Origin: Styela clava
Taxonomy: Eukaryota
Assembly: GCF_964204865.1 (NCBI RefSeq)
Contig: NC_135252.1
Span: 11,718,001 to 11,782,000, forward strand
Direction of reading: 5' to 3'
DNA: 64,000 nt
The notes below the pieces were generated by a model. That model searched no databases, was not told where the DNA came from, and saw only the letters and a list, made by a program, of their open reading frames with translations. A program made the translations under genes and the position numbers. Below are positions 15,201 through 26,900 of the stretch, piece after piece. Position 1 is the stretch's first letter. Each line of letters begins with the position of its first letter.

Positions 15201-18200
15201 GCTGCAAATTGAAGCTGACTGTAAGTGATTATTTTGCTCTATATCGAGGGAAATTTTAAAATGGCTGTTGAAATTTGATAACTTTTTAGGTCAACTAATT
15301 CAAATATGATCAATAAGGGTTAAAATGGGCGGATTCGAGCTGCGGTTCATGATGAAATTTCAGTTCAATCCAGAATTCGTATAAATGTTTAGATTCAGCT
15401 AGAGTTCATAAATTTCAATTCAATTTATTGGACTGTTTGCGCTCGCTTGACAAATTCACAATCTCCCATTTAGAATTCAATTACTAAGAAATAAAGATAA
15501 CTAAAGTCGTGTTCTATTCATACATCAAGTCTTTGCTATAATTATTAGTGTGCGCCAATTGTGAGGTAGAGTGGGAGCAATGGAGTGAGTGCGTTGATAA
15601 TTACAGAGAGCGATCTCAAGTCATACTTGTGGAACAAGTAGGAGCAGGAAGCCCATGTCCAGACTTGGAATTTGAAACCCAAGGTAAATCACTTTATAAT
15701 CGTTTGTTTCGCATTTGGCGTTCATAAATGAACATTATGGTTGTTTTTTCTGCATACATCTAATCAAAAATCATACATATCTGTTGAATATAGAGACATG
15801 CGCCACCAACGAATTTTTCAGTACTCTCCAAGTCTTCAAATATACTGATTTCTTCAATTCTGTCATGATATTTTGGTCTTTATCTCCGATGAAATTTCAT
15901 TGAATATAGTGGAAATAATAGTCGATCTATCTCCGATTGTTTGATAGAAAACGCATACTCCAAAATTTATATATATGCGTACATTTGCAGAATGCGCTAA
16001 CTGCGAAGTCGAATGGTCAGAGTGGAGCGAATGTGGAAATGGAAAAAGAAGTCGAACACAGAATATTGTTGTATCAGGGTACGGAGGAGGAAATCCATGC
16101 CCAGTTTTGCAGGATGAAGAGGAAGGTGGGTACAAAGTTTTATTAACCTGGGGCTCGTACTAATGTCACTAATAGAAAAATAACAGAATTTTAATTCGTC
16201 GTATATTTTTTTGAAATAAAGATTTCACCATGATCACTTTCACTTCAAATGAAAATATATTTATTGTAATTTCAGACTGTGTCGACTGCGTTGTGGATTG
16301 GAGAGAATGGTCAAAATGCGAAAGTGGTTCACGAATACGGGAAATGTACATCAAAGTAGCCCACGTTGGCTACGGAGCGGAATGTCCACCCTTGGACGCA
16401 CAACAGGAAGGTACATAATTTCACAATCATATAAAAACTGATGGTTTTAGGAAAAGTTTAGGTTGTGTACTTAAGAACTTCATCACTTCACTAAATTATG
16501 AATAAGCATTTTCGATCGAAAAATATTCGACATATTCCATCATTTTTGCAATTCTTATTGCAGTTTGTGCAAATTGCGAAGTTGATTGGTGGGAATGGAG
16601 TGAATGTAGCAACAACATGAGATCGAGAAGACAATATGTTGCTGTTGAGGCATTCGGTGGGGGAGAATCATGTCCTGAATTAGAAACGGAAGAGGAAGGT
16701 TTGTTCGATATTTATTGGTAATGGTAACCCTCAAAATTTGGACTTTTAATCAATATAATCTTTGCTATTTTTAACAATTTTAAGAGTGATATCTTTAGAT
16801 CTACAGCCAAAGAAACCAAGTTCAAATATAGCTTGTTCACCCAAATATTTATTACACAAATTTTATTAGCTTGCATTGACTGTGTTGTTGAATGGGGACC
16901 ATGGACTGATTGCTTCGGTGAATTAAGGACAAGGAGGCAGGAAATAGTTGTTCCTCTTGTTGGAGCTGGAAGAGAATGTCCACCACTAGAATCTGAGACT
17001 GAAGGTATTCATGTGGTTTCGTATTCAAGAAATAAGTGTTCGGCAGTTGTAAATCAATACCTGCTGAGCAAAAATCTAATTTTTAATTGCGGTATGATAG
17101 CTTCTTCAATTGAATGTTGCTTTGTTTCATCAACGACATGAATTTTATTCGGATAATGGAGCTTCATTGCTTATATTCCTAAGCATGGGTTTCCAAGCTA
17201 ATATAAGTTAATTTTTACTTAATATCTCCAATAACCGACTCGCAGCCATTAAAAGTTTATTATTATGATGCAATAAACTAAATGGTATTTAGCGAGTGAT
17301 GAGAGTACACAGTCTAAAAATCTTCAATTGACTAACTTCTGGCTGAACGTATGTCCTTTGCTATCCGATTCCCCAGATCTCGAAGTTCCAACAATGGGAA
17401 CGCGAATAAGGGTTTTTTACGTTTCATACGTTCAGGTTCGAAAACAAGATATCGTCTGTTTCTGTTTGATTTTTTTTTTAAACGCTCGAATTTGTACATA
17501 TTATATTTAGTACAAATCTTTAATTTCTCGTGTTTATGTCAGTCATTCCATTATGGCGTGTAGGATTTATTCATATAATTTATGTAGTAACATTCGTTTG
17601 ATATAATACGCTAGCTTGCATCGTTCCTGGATCCAAAAAAGCACTGGAGAAAACTATTTGCAGATTTACTGAAGAAGTTCTTGGTTACAAGAAAAATCAT
17701 CGAAAGCGTGATCTTCTTCTGATTGGAGATGAATCAGGAAGTATTGGTTGGGTGAACTTTGCCAAGATCAAAGAAAACTTCAAAGTAAGTTAAATTGGAA
17801 GTAAGTTAAAGTAAGTAATTTGTGCTGACGTTTCATGACAGTGATCAAACTTGAAAATGTAATAGGGTTTGGCGCTGGAGCCCGGCTCTCCGGGGCCACT
17901 AGCTTACCATTCCTGATAAAGACTGTGAATTGAACGTTTGGTTCAGTTTATCAAACTTCTTTAGCTTTGTTGGAATTAAAAATGTATTTTATAATATTGT
18001 CACCAAGAATCTGCGATATGTTATCTATGATTGATTTCGACAAAAAATGTGAAGATAATAAATTCCTAGATTTTTTATTCCGTGAAATTTCGGCATGAGA
18101 TCCAAATCAAAATTAAGCAGTGCCAAGTCCCAAGGCGACTTTCCATGAATCGACTTTAGTGAATAACCTTGGTAGTTTACGAATCCAGCTTATTCAAAAA

Positions 18201-20221
18201 TGAAAGTGATTATTATTTTTATAAAGTGTAGATAATGCTTTTTTATTTTTCATTCGTGGTGAAAAATGTAAATGCAAAAATTAAAACATAAAGACCCATT
18301 TTAAACAACTTTTTGGGCCTAAAATGACTTGAAATTAATTTAAAAGAGACTTTTTTCCTAAATTTCATACTATGGTTCAAGTCGATTTTACAAGTAGGCC
18401 CCCACCAAGTAACGAAAACGTCATCAAAACGGACTTTCTTTACCAAAAATAATGAACGTTGCTTCTGTCACATTCTAAATATCTACGATAGTAGATACAC
18501 ACAGTTTCACACTACAACAGGCCCAAATGACTAGCACTAAATTTTTCTGTAGTAAAGACGGCATCAAATGGTGTCCTAGCAAAATATTGATATCAATGTT
18601 TCATTTGAAATTTTTCATTTCTAGACTTTATCGCCACCTAACTGAATTTTTCAACGTCCGTTACCAATGACAGTACAACGTTGGTGACCACATATGGAGG
18701 CCTATTTGTAAAATCGTTTTCAACAATAGATCGAAATTTAGAAAAAAAAAAAAAAATTGTTGTTAGGGTGTATCTTATTGCTACCGGAAAATAGCCTTTC
18801 TCCACAGCGAATGCATCAATTGTTTTCAAATTTGCAGTACTTTGCTAGAAAGCTATTGTTCCATATTACCTAAATTCACTTTCACTCGCAATTCTGCGGT
18901 ACGACTGGGTCCTTTTACTTTGTGTGTTTTGAAGGAGGGGTGCCACGTTCAGAAAAGTATGAAAAGGATTTTTGCGTTTCTATATTTTAACAATTTCCCC
19001 CACGTACTTACAGGCGATCGCCCGAAATATTAGAGGTGGAATTGGATCGGAAGAAACTCAGTTGGCAATGACTTCATTTGCTCGTTTTAGTCGCACTTTA
19101 TTTGATTTTGACGATTTTGATAATGCTATTGATGTCGTTGCTGCAATTGATGAAGCTTATTTCCTCGGTGGATATAGATCCAGAATAGGAGATGCACTAG
19201 AAGATGCCAACCGTTGGCTTTTCCAGCAGACTGGAGGTTTGTCGAAGGCATTGATAAAATCATTTTTAACATTACTCAATAGGTCTTAACAATTACAATA
19301 AAAACAATTTAATTATACTGCCCGGCATGCTTTACGTCGTAATATGTCTTTTCCTAGTGAAAAAATTGTTTCCACAATCAGAAATAACGGTTTATCCAAT
19401 AAAAACTATATTCTAATTATGCTTGTACATACTAGTAATTGAAATCACGGGCAAGACAAATTCATCAAAACAAACGCAGTGACTTGCACGTGATAAAATA
19501 AGGTCACGTGAACAGTTGCAGCTTCACTCTGCAAACCCTGCACACGACACCCAGACAATATATATAAAAAAAAAACTATAAAACAGCAAAGCAGTCCCAT
19601 CCCAATATAATTAATTTCTCCAAGTTATTTTGTAATTGTATTTTTACCTTCAAGGAATGCGAAGCTTTCCCAATATTGACGACAGCATCGAACACGAGCT
19701 TCTGATTGCAACTGACGGATGTCGTACCGCTGATAAGTATATGCTGCAAGAGGGACTGAAAACAATCAAAAAACGTGGAATAAAGGTATTTTAAAGTAGT
19801 TGCAACTAAGCAAAATATTTGTAAATATACCCACTGCAACGTTAGATTTGTTTGAACAGAAATATGGCCTAATCATATTGGGGTAAACGATAACGCATTG
19901 CTTTCTTCAACATAGCTGTACGTATTGGGAATTGAGTCGAAGGATAAGCGTTGTGCCGAAACAGTAGAGTCAATGGTGGAAGACAAAAATAACCTGTTTC
20001 AATTGGGAAGCTGGGAGCAACTAGACGAATTGAACAAAAGATTAGAAGAAAAGGTTTGTATCACCAGCGAAGTTCGTGTAGATGATAGTGACCGTCGGGG
20101 AGATGAAGGAACATCTGAAGGAGACGCAGAATCATCTTTCATAGGCGACGAATTACCACCCGATGACGGAGTTGAACCCAGTCCGCTGAACGATGGATCT
20201 CGTCGTGGAGACGGAGTCTAA
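3207..20221 (+). CDS. Large multi-exon extracellular mosaic protein: SEA-like + acidic DY linker + 2x CCP/Sushi + 16x TSP1-like + vWA + RGD tail (>=1344 aa; 5' end not resolved)
   Basis: Phase-consistent exons read by hand: 3207-3277, 3536-3646, 4400-4462, 4871-5033 (SEA-like: DLSDIDSEDFKAEALTVQQE..SLRSVGS), 7717-7785, 7910-7972, 8335-8430, 9292-9351 (acidic, DY/PP), 9666-9848, 10117-10299 (CCP: C..C.F.C..C...W....P.C), 16 phase-1 exons 10639-17004 (CxxC...WxxWxxC...RxR...G..CP), 17615-17784 (DESGS MIDAS), 19014-19236, 19655-19785 (IATDG), 19916-20221 (stop TAA). AATAAA at 20241. No start codon or signal peptide exon identified with confidence; 2672-2704 is a candidate upstream exon. Confidence 0.9.
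5421..6961. mobile_element. ~1.5-kb foldback (almost fully palindromic) element nested in the TA-flanked element
   Basis: Termini TATGGTGGCCCATCGTTGTCACGCG / CGCGTGACAACGATGGGCCACCATA with a 6-bp TSD CACCAG (5415-5420, 6962-6967). The arms pair up to a ~20-nt loop at ~6221-6240 and include A-rich and T-rich tracts. Confidence 0.88.
5521..5649. other. Assembly gap (N run)
   Basis: 129 Ns inside the A-rich arm of the foldback element. Confidence 1.
13738..13887. mobile_element. Small degenerate MITE
   Basis: TAGGGCT...AGCCCTA termini and internal TTCGAA repeats; no TSD. Confidence 0.4.
14225..14345 (-). mobile_element. SINE 3' fragment
   Basis: Reverse complement of the CCATGCTTCxGAAAACAAATAA...GGTTCGxCATATG core seen at ~23020-23110. 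Confidence 0.8.
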
Positions 20222-22229
20222 CTGAATAGCACAAAACTTGAATAAAAATCAACATTTGAACAAACTCTCCACGAACATCGAAAAATTGCTTTTTCTTGAC
20301 CCATATTATGGAAACCAGGGTTAATACTTTTTATTAATTTCATATAATATACCCACAGAGTGTTCAAACACCTGACATTTTTCACTTGTCTACATGGTAT
20401 ATGTTTCTTTAATTTTTCTCCATATATCAATCCTTACTATCTGCTCCAAAGCTAGTTGATCATGTACCTGAAAAAATGATTTTAGTTTGAAGTATGTATC
20501 ATCATCTTCCAACTATCTGCCTGGTAAGCTGAAATTTTAAGAGATTATTTGGCAAAAAATAATAAAATTAAAATGTAAAGCCTGACTAACAATAGTATTT
20601 CAATAAATTAATTTTCATACACAGCTCTTGGTTTCTGTGTAACGATTGTTGCCAAAAACGGACGACTAGAAAGATTAACAATTTATGGATGATATATCAT
20701 TTGTTAAAGTTAATTTTTTCCTGTATTTGGCAACCAGGTTCATGTTGTAGGCAATTATTGGGATTTATTGATACGCATATACATTCGTGAAGAATACCTT
20801 GGACTTAAAATGATTGTTTCCATATGTGCGTTGATCGTGCATTTGAACCGATCACACCAGCCGACTTGGTGAAAAATATGCTTCCAACACCCATGAATAG
20901 TCTTTTATTATTTGTAATATATAACAAATAAATCTTGATTGTGACTTTGTAATAACGTTTGGCAATAACTTGTCTATGAAAATTATGGACCAGACTGCAG
21001 TGGAGTAGTCTGAAAGTTATGCGCTGCATTTTGACTGGAGATATACCGGTGGACGAAATCTTTTTTGTTCGACAACGATCAAATTCAATCCACCAATTTT
21101 GAATATATATATGTTATGTATGATTCAACTATCACAACCATCCGGCTTCACACTTTGCAAAATTTGTATTTGTTTTTGTCATATTGAACAGTTTGTTACT
21201 AATGTGTTTGTTTTCACAATATCCGTCTCATCAGTGTAAATTTCACCATCTTCAATAAACTGCTTTGCTGTATGTATATTCTATCGTGTCCGTGGCAAGC
21301 TCATGAATAGTAGAAAAGTAGAAAGTAGAAGAAGTTGAAGTTAGGTTGCATGCGGAATGATGACTGTCAACTACTTTACCTGATACTATAAATGGAAAGC
21401 TGAAGTTCAGTTTGGAGACGAAAATATGCGTCAGGTGGTGAACTCGTGGACATAACTGTAAAATATTTTATTTTGCTTTACTATATTTCTTTTTGCATAT
21501 ACAAAATGTATTTTCCAAAAAAAATCATTTAATCATTGTTTATTTATTATCGTTTGACAAAAATATTTTAATTACATATCGCATACATACAAACTAAAAG
21601 TACAAAAAACAACAGATTCAACATTTTTAGAAAATTACATAATACTTTAAGCCGCCGTTTTATGGTATGATCTATTAGACTGAGGTTTTCAAAAGCTGAT
21701 TATCGTTTAAAAATATTAAACAAATGAAATATATCTGAATATTTCGTTTTTTTGTGGTAATTCACGTACATGCTTTACACGTTATCACGCATATTTGTCA
21801 CATTTCTGACGCACACAATTGTTATTTTTCTGCAGTGATGTCAATATTGATAAATTGAACAATGGAAGCATTTAATAGTGTGATAAACATTCTTTACTAA
21901 TGCACTTATTGAACTAGAGACGCGTATAAAACTAAAAAATCATTGCGCAAGAAAGTTGTATTCCTACTGACTTCTATCTAAGTGTACATCTGCCAAATGT
22001 TTTAAAAACTACCGTCGATTCGTACACTTCTCAATATAAAATTCATCCTACGACACCCTCTGCACTTTGAAGTGATGATTATTCGACCAACGTGTTAAAA
22101 GTTGGAATACATTAGCTCAAATATTCAAGATTATTCCACCATTAGAAATGACGAGTTTTTGCATTGTTCGAAGCCTTACACGTGTACGAATTTTGATGTC
22201 AAAGTTTCAGTAATATATACAAGATTTTC

Positions 22230-22339
22230 GGACCTCCAGAAGTATGTGCACCAAGATGACGCACAACCTGAACACAGTATGTGTACCAGGTTAGGATTCA
22301 GGTTGTGCGCCATCTTGGTGCACATACTTCTGGAGCGCC
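22230..22339. mobile_element. 110-bp hairpin MITE with 8-bp TSD (GG..CC termini, Merlin-like)
   Basis: Arms CTCCAGAAGTATGTGCACCAAGATGACGCACAACCTGAA / TTCAGGTTGTGCGCCATCTTGGTGCACATACTTCTGGAG. Perfect TSD AGATTTTC at 22222-22229 and 22340-22347. Confidence 0.85.
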
Positions 22340-22401
22340 AGATTTTCACTCTTACCGTGCCCATTTTTGTGCTACACATTTTGTTACAATATACTATATG
22401 A

Positions 22402-23569
22402 CAGGGGTGGGCAACCCCTGGCACGAGTGCCAAACTTGGCACGCGTGCCCATTTATTCGGCACGGGAGCGAGGCCTCAGAAACGAGATTATTCTCCTTCA
22501 GATAAAAAATTTCAAGACTTTGAATTACCTGATGAAAGGTGTTCGTTCATTTATTATCGTTTTTTTAACAATCCGCTATTTATTTGAACCCTTTTTGTCC
22601 TTTCGTGACATATGGCTACAAAGAAATATATTACGACGTAACAAATGAGAGAAGTTTTGAGAAGAAATTTTGTTGAGAAGAGCGCAGCATTCTTTTGGCT
22701 ACATTCTTAGTTGGTCTGTGACACCCTTTTTCTTCATTTCTGCTTGATTTATGAAATTGTACAGCTGATGTTGGTTAGACTTACTTGATAACTTACTGTT
22801 ATAAATTGATTACGAAAGAAATATAAGCGATTGTGCGCGGCAGTGTGGCCCATCGTGCTAAGCGTTAGGAATACGCTTGCCCCCGAACCTCTGATTACTC
22901 TGCGTGGGTTCGCAGGTTTGAATCCCATGATAGTTATGTGCAAGAGGATTGCTGGACTCCTCGCTGCCGTATGGTGGTTCACGTAACCGCTGGTCGGTTA
23001 CGGCTTCTTCCATAATTAAGTCCATGCTTCCGAAAACAAATAACTAACTAATCCCATACCCGACATGGAATAGTAACCGGACGAGAGGCCATGGTTCGCC
23101 ATATGGTTAAGCCGTTTTATCGGATAAATATGTAAATCCTATCCTATCGATTAAGGAAGGGGATACAAGAGAAAAGTGCAGAAAACGAACTATCGCGTGA
23201 TTGGAATGCCATTCTCTTATTTCGTGTCCTAAAATCTTTGCAACTGCATTACTCTTCATGTTTTCATGTACATAATGCTTGTGAATCTTTGTTCTCAGTT
23301 ATGAACTTTAGTAGGACTCGTAACAGGTGTAGCCTGAAAGATGAAACCTGTAGTTTTTCTCACTCATATAGAATAAGAAAAATAATCAAATCTATTTGTC
23401 AGACTGATATAGTGAATCTGACTATACGTATTTAAAAGGTTTATTATTGTGTATTTTTGCTTTAAAAATAGCAAAGCATTGTTTTTAATTTTGGTCAGCA
23501 CGCGTAAGAATTTCTTCGTTAAATTTACACGATTTTGACTCGCGATACGAAAAAGGTTGCCCACCCCTG
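22402..23569. mobile_element. Non-autonomous hAT element containing a SINE
   Basis: TIR CAGGGGTGGGCAACC / GGTTGCCCACCCCTG, a degenerate 8-bp TSD CTATATGA / CAATAGGA, and subterminal GGCACG repeats. Confidence 0.85.
22838..23148 (+). mobile_element. tRNA-derived SINE, full-length copy
   Basis: A-box-like TGGCCCATCGTG and B-box-like GGTTTGAATCCC. The body is shared with three other copies in the window, and the tail is (TCCTA)n. Confidence 0.82.
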
Positions 23570-23607
23570 CAATAGGATAAATGATAGGATAGTGTAGACG
23601 AACACTC

Positions 23608-23916
23608 GGTGGCGTGGCGCACCGTGTTACATGTTGGAAATTACGGTTGCCATCGTACATAAGGTTACTCTGCGTGGGTTCCAATACCGTTAGGGATAAT
23701 CATGTGAGATAGATGGATGGTGTCGTCGCACCCTAATGGCTCACCTCACCGCTGGTCGGTTAGGCTTCCTCTACTATCATATCCATGCTTCTAAAAACAA
23801 ATAACTGGCTAAGTATTTTCCATAACCGACATCGACTGGTGCCCGGACGAGAGGCCTGGGTTCGCCATATAATTAAGCCGTCTTAGTGGCTTTCTCTCTC
23901 TTAAAATCCTATCCTA
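23608..23916 (+). mobile_element. tRNA-derived SINE, second diverged copy
   Basis: Same order of blocks: TGGCGCACCGTG, TTACTCTGCGTGGGTTC, ACCGCTGGTCGGTTA, CCATGCTTCTAAAAACAAATAACT, GGACGAGAGGCC, and tail AAATCCTATCCTA. Confidence 0.8.
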
Positions 23917-26900
23917 ATTCCCAAAATTTTAAATTCTAACCTTTTCACTCATTTCACACTTCGATACACATTTCACTTTTCCGCGTTTATGATTCATTTC
24001 AGATATGTTGTTTTAGATTAGATAAAAATTTTGAGCAGTGAATCTCATTGTCAATGAACTTATGTAAATTCAGATAAGATACAAAATCAACGAAGTTTTT
24101 CAAGTATTTCGCAACATTTTAAAAATCTTTATTTTAGACTATTTTTCGCTTTGCTGGCGCAAAGTCAAAGAAGACCTTCGTTCTGTGTAACGTTTACATA
24201 GCCCTGGAAATTCTACGCATTTATAATATATATATATATTACAGTACAGTACATAAAATTTGAATTCGATGTGTTATTCAAATGTTATACAGAAAATGTT
24301 CTTTGGTTGCTCTAACAAATAAAAGAAATTCTAAATATTCAGCAGAATATAAAAACGTAAACTTTCATCGAGCTCGCCATTTTGTTTTTGTCACCTCTCA
24401 ATGAATTTTCATTTTTCTCGTATATAAATATATATACATCCAAACAACATCATAAACATTTATAACCTATTCAATACATAGTATTCATACTATTTACATT
24501 CGTTTGGATTATCGTACGACCAAAGGCTTCAGACACTCTCAAAAAGTTAATGAGATTTCAGCCTGAACTTTGTTTGGCTCTTCAATGTTTTGAGAAATTA
24601 TGAACATTAATTCGCTAAAACAGATGTAATGATGAGCGGCAAATGCTTTAAACATTCCAGATAAAAAGATAAAGATGAATAAGATTCAAATACCAAATGA
24701 TAAGTGCAAATCAGTGTTCGATTGTGCTATATGCGTGCGAACGAGTGATTCGCGGGGTATCTTACATTTCACGCTTCATTATGTAGAATCAGAAACATCA
24801 GTAATAAAAAGCACAATTTTCATAGTCATCTATCTATTAATATTTTAAAAAATCTTCAAAACAACAATTTGTTACCATATAGTTGAGTACTTGAAGTTCT
24901 TGGTCAAGAACATTGTTAAATCGTTGCATTATTTTCCGTGGTGTTTTGCTAAATGTAAGTTTCATATTTCCTTGTACCACTTCCATTTCCAAATTTGAAA
25001 AATGAATCGTTAATTAAATAATTGTTTACGGCTGTGATATATATTCAAATACAATATAAGCTAAAGAAACTTCTTTTGTTGCTAAATTCCATATGCAAGT
25101 TATTTCAAACTTTTCAGGTGAATTTCAAGGGTCTACCTATCGCATTAATAGAATGGCATTCATCCGTCCGGATTGTATGAAAACCCATTTTATCGAGTGT
25201 TGGTTGTTTTATATGTTGTTTATTGTAAATTGATAATATCGGCTGCTCTTTTTTTACAAAACGACATTGTTAGTTTCCGGTCGAAAACAGGTGCTCGAAT
25301 TATGGTGAAAAAAAAATATCTAAGCATCTAAATATAGCTGTAACAATAAACTTGATTAACATCATGGCACCAGAAAAAAATGTATAATCAATAATATTTG
25401 CGATTTCTTAAATGTCAGGTATCAAATAATAGAATGTGATGCATACCACGAAATATTTCATTGCTTTTGATTATTTCCATACCCACCCAGATTACGTTAG
25501 ACTAAGAAAGGACTGAAAATGAAATAAACAACTTTCGGAAAAAATTTAGCATTTATAAAGATGTCCTTCTACAGACTTAGATTAGAATACACACATATAT
25601 ATATAGCGTGAGATATATAGAAGTTAGCAAAAAATTTTAATTGGATTCTACTTTGATCAGATTGTTACTCGACAAATATGCAGAATTATGCACGTAAAAT
25701 TACAGAGTTTTTAAACTGTCTGCCATACTAACCACATATTTGATTTCGATAAAAATACATCTTTGGTAATCTCAATACTTATATAGGTGACGTAGACGTT
25801 CTTATAGAAATTTGTCATGATATACAAAATGTGGTCCTCCAACATAAACTAACACATTTTCTCTTAACTGCCATTTAATTTGCCGTTTTCAATAAACAAA
25901 ATATTACGTTGTAAAAACATCCTCTCAAGTTTCTCAATCAATCAATAGTGTTGTCAAACAGGCTGTTAAATCCAGTTCTGCGTCTAGCAGTATCAATCAC
26001 TAAGCGGGCGTACGGCCTATTCAAATAGCAACCACCAGGCGGCGTTTACACAATGACTATTTGCCCCGTAACGCGCAGAATCAATACAATTTTTTTAATT
26101 TCATTCGTTTGGAGTTGTTTCTGATAAAGCCTCAGTATATTTGACATTTTTTTTCATTCCTGAAAGATGTTCTGTGAAACAAAAAATGTAATAACAAAAA
26201 ATTAGGTTTTGTGGTTAACTGAAGAAAAAAATGTAAAGAATTTATTCAAAACTCATTGAAATGTGAAGGACGGTGAAAAAAATATGCAATTAATATTGGA
26301 AAATATGACTTTCTATAATATCTAATTTTTTGTGATTTATTGGTAATGAATTCATTTATTTTTTGATGCAAAACGAAAGAATTTTAACAAAAAAGGTTGG
26401 AGGTTGAAAAAATTGAATGATTATGTTCTGTGTGTATTAGTTACATCGAAATGTTGTAAAGCGCTAAACAAAACTAGGATGAAAAATAAAAAGGTCTCCA
26501 TGCTAGTACGGCGACGAACTAACCAATAATTTATAAGTAATATGGTATTCAATCATTTAATTAATCGATTTCGAAGTTTCGGTGTGACTTTGATCAACTT
26601 CGATCTGTGAAGTAAGTTTCGAATCAACAACTTTACATCATCGCGGTTGTAGTTTCGGGTTAGGGTTATTTTGATGATTTACAAATTTCACAACAATGTA
26701 TAATTAGCTATGATTCTCGTTAGAAAGAGTTATGTAATGGGCAACCAAATTTGTTTGCTGATTTCCAGAAGATCTTATACAACAAACATAAATATAGGTT
26801 AATACATGTATTATTTGTCGTATGGAAACTGGAACATTTGAAATCCCGAAGTCAAGGATGAATCAAAACGATTTTTATGTAAAATCCAAGTAATCCAAAG

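Larger units (their letters stand above)
10639..17004 (+). repeat. Array of 16 symmetric phase-1 exons each encoding one TSP1-like (spondin-type) repeat
   Basis: Exons 10639-10761, 10910-11044, 11528-11659, 11789-11923, 12222-12359, 12690-12827, 12997-13131, 13500-13634, 14019-14153, 14483-14605, 15083-15220, 15549-15683, 15991-16125, 16276-16410, 16564-16698, 16870-17004. All are 123-138 nt and multiples of 3. Example: DCVDCVVEWSEWSDCYKGEAARTQYITQAAANGGKECPLLELEKE. Confidence 0.93.

Noticed and set aside
22838-22930. Functional tRNA gene
   Set aside because: The boxes are degenerate, there is no clean cloverleaf, and the sequence continues into a repeated SINE body.
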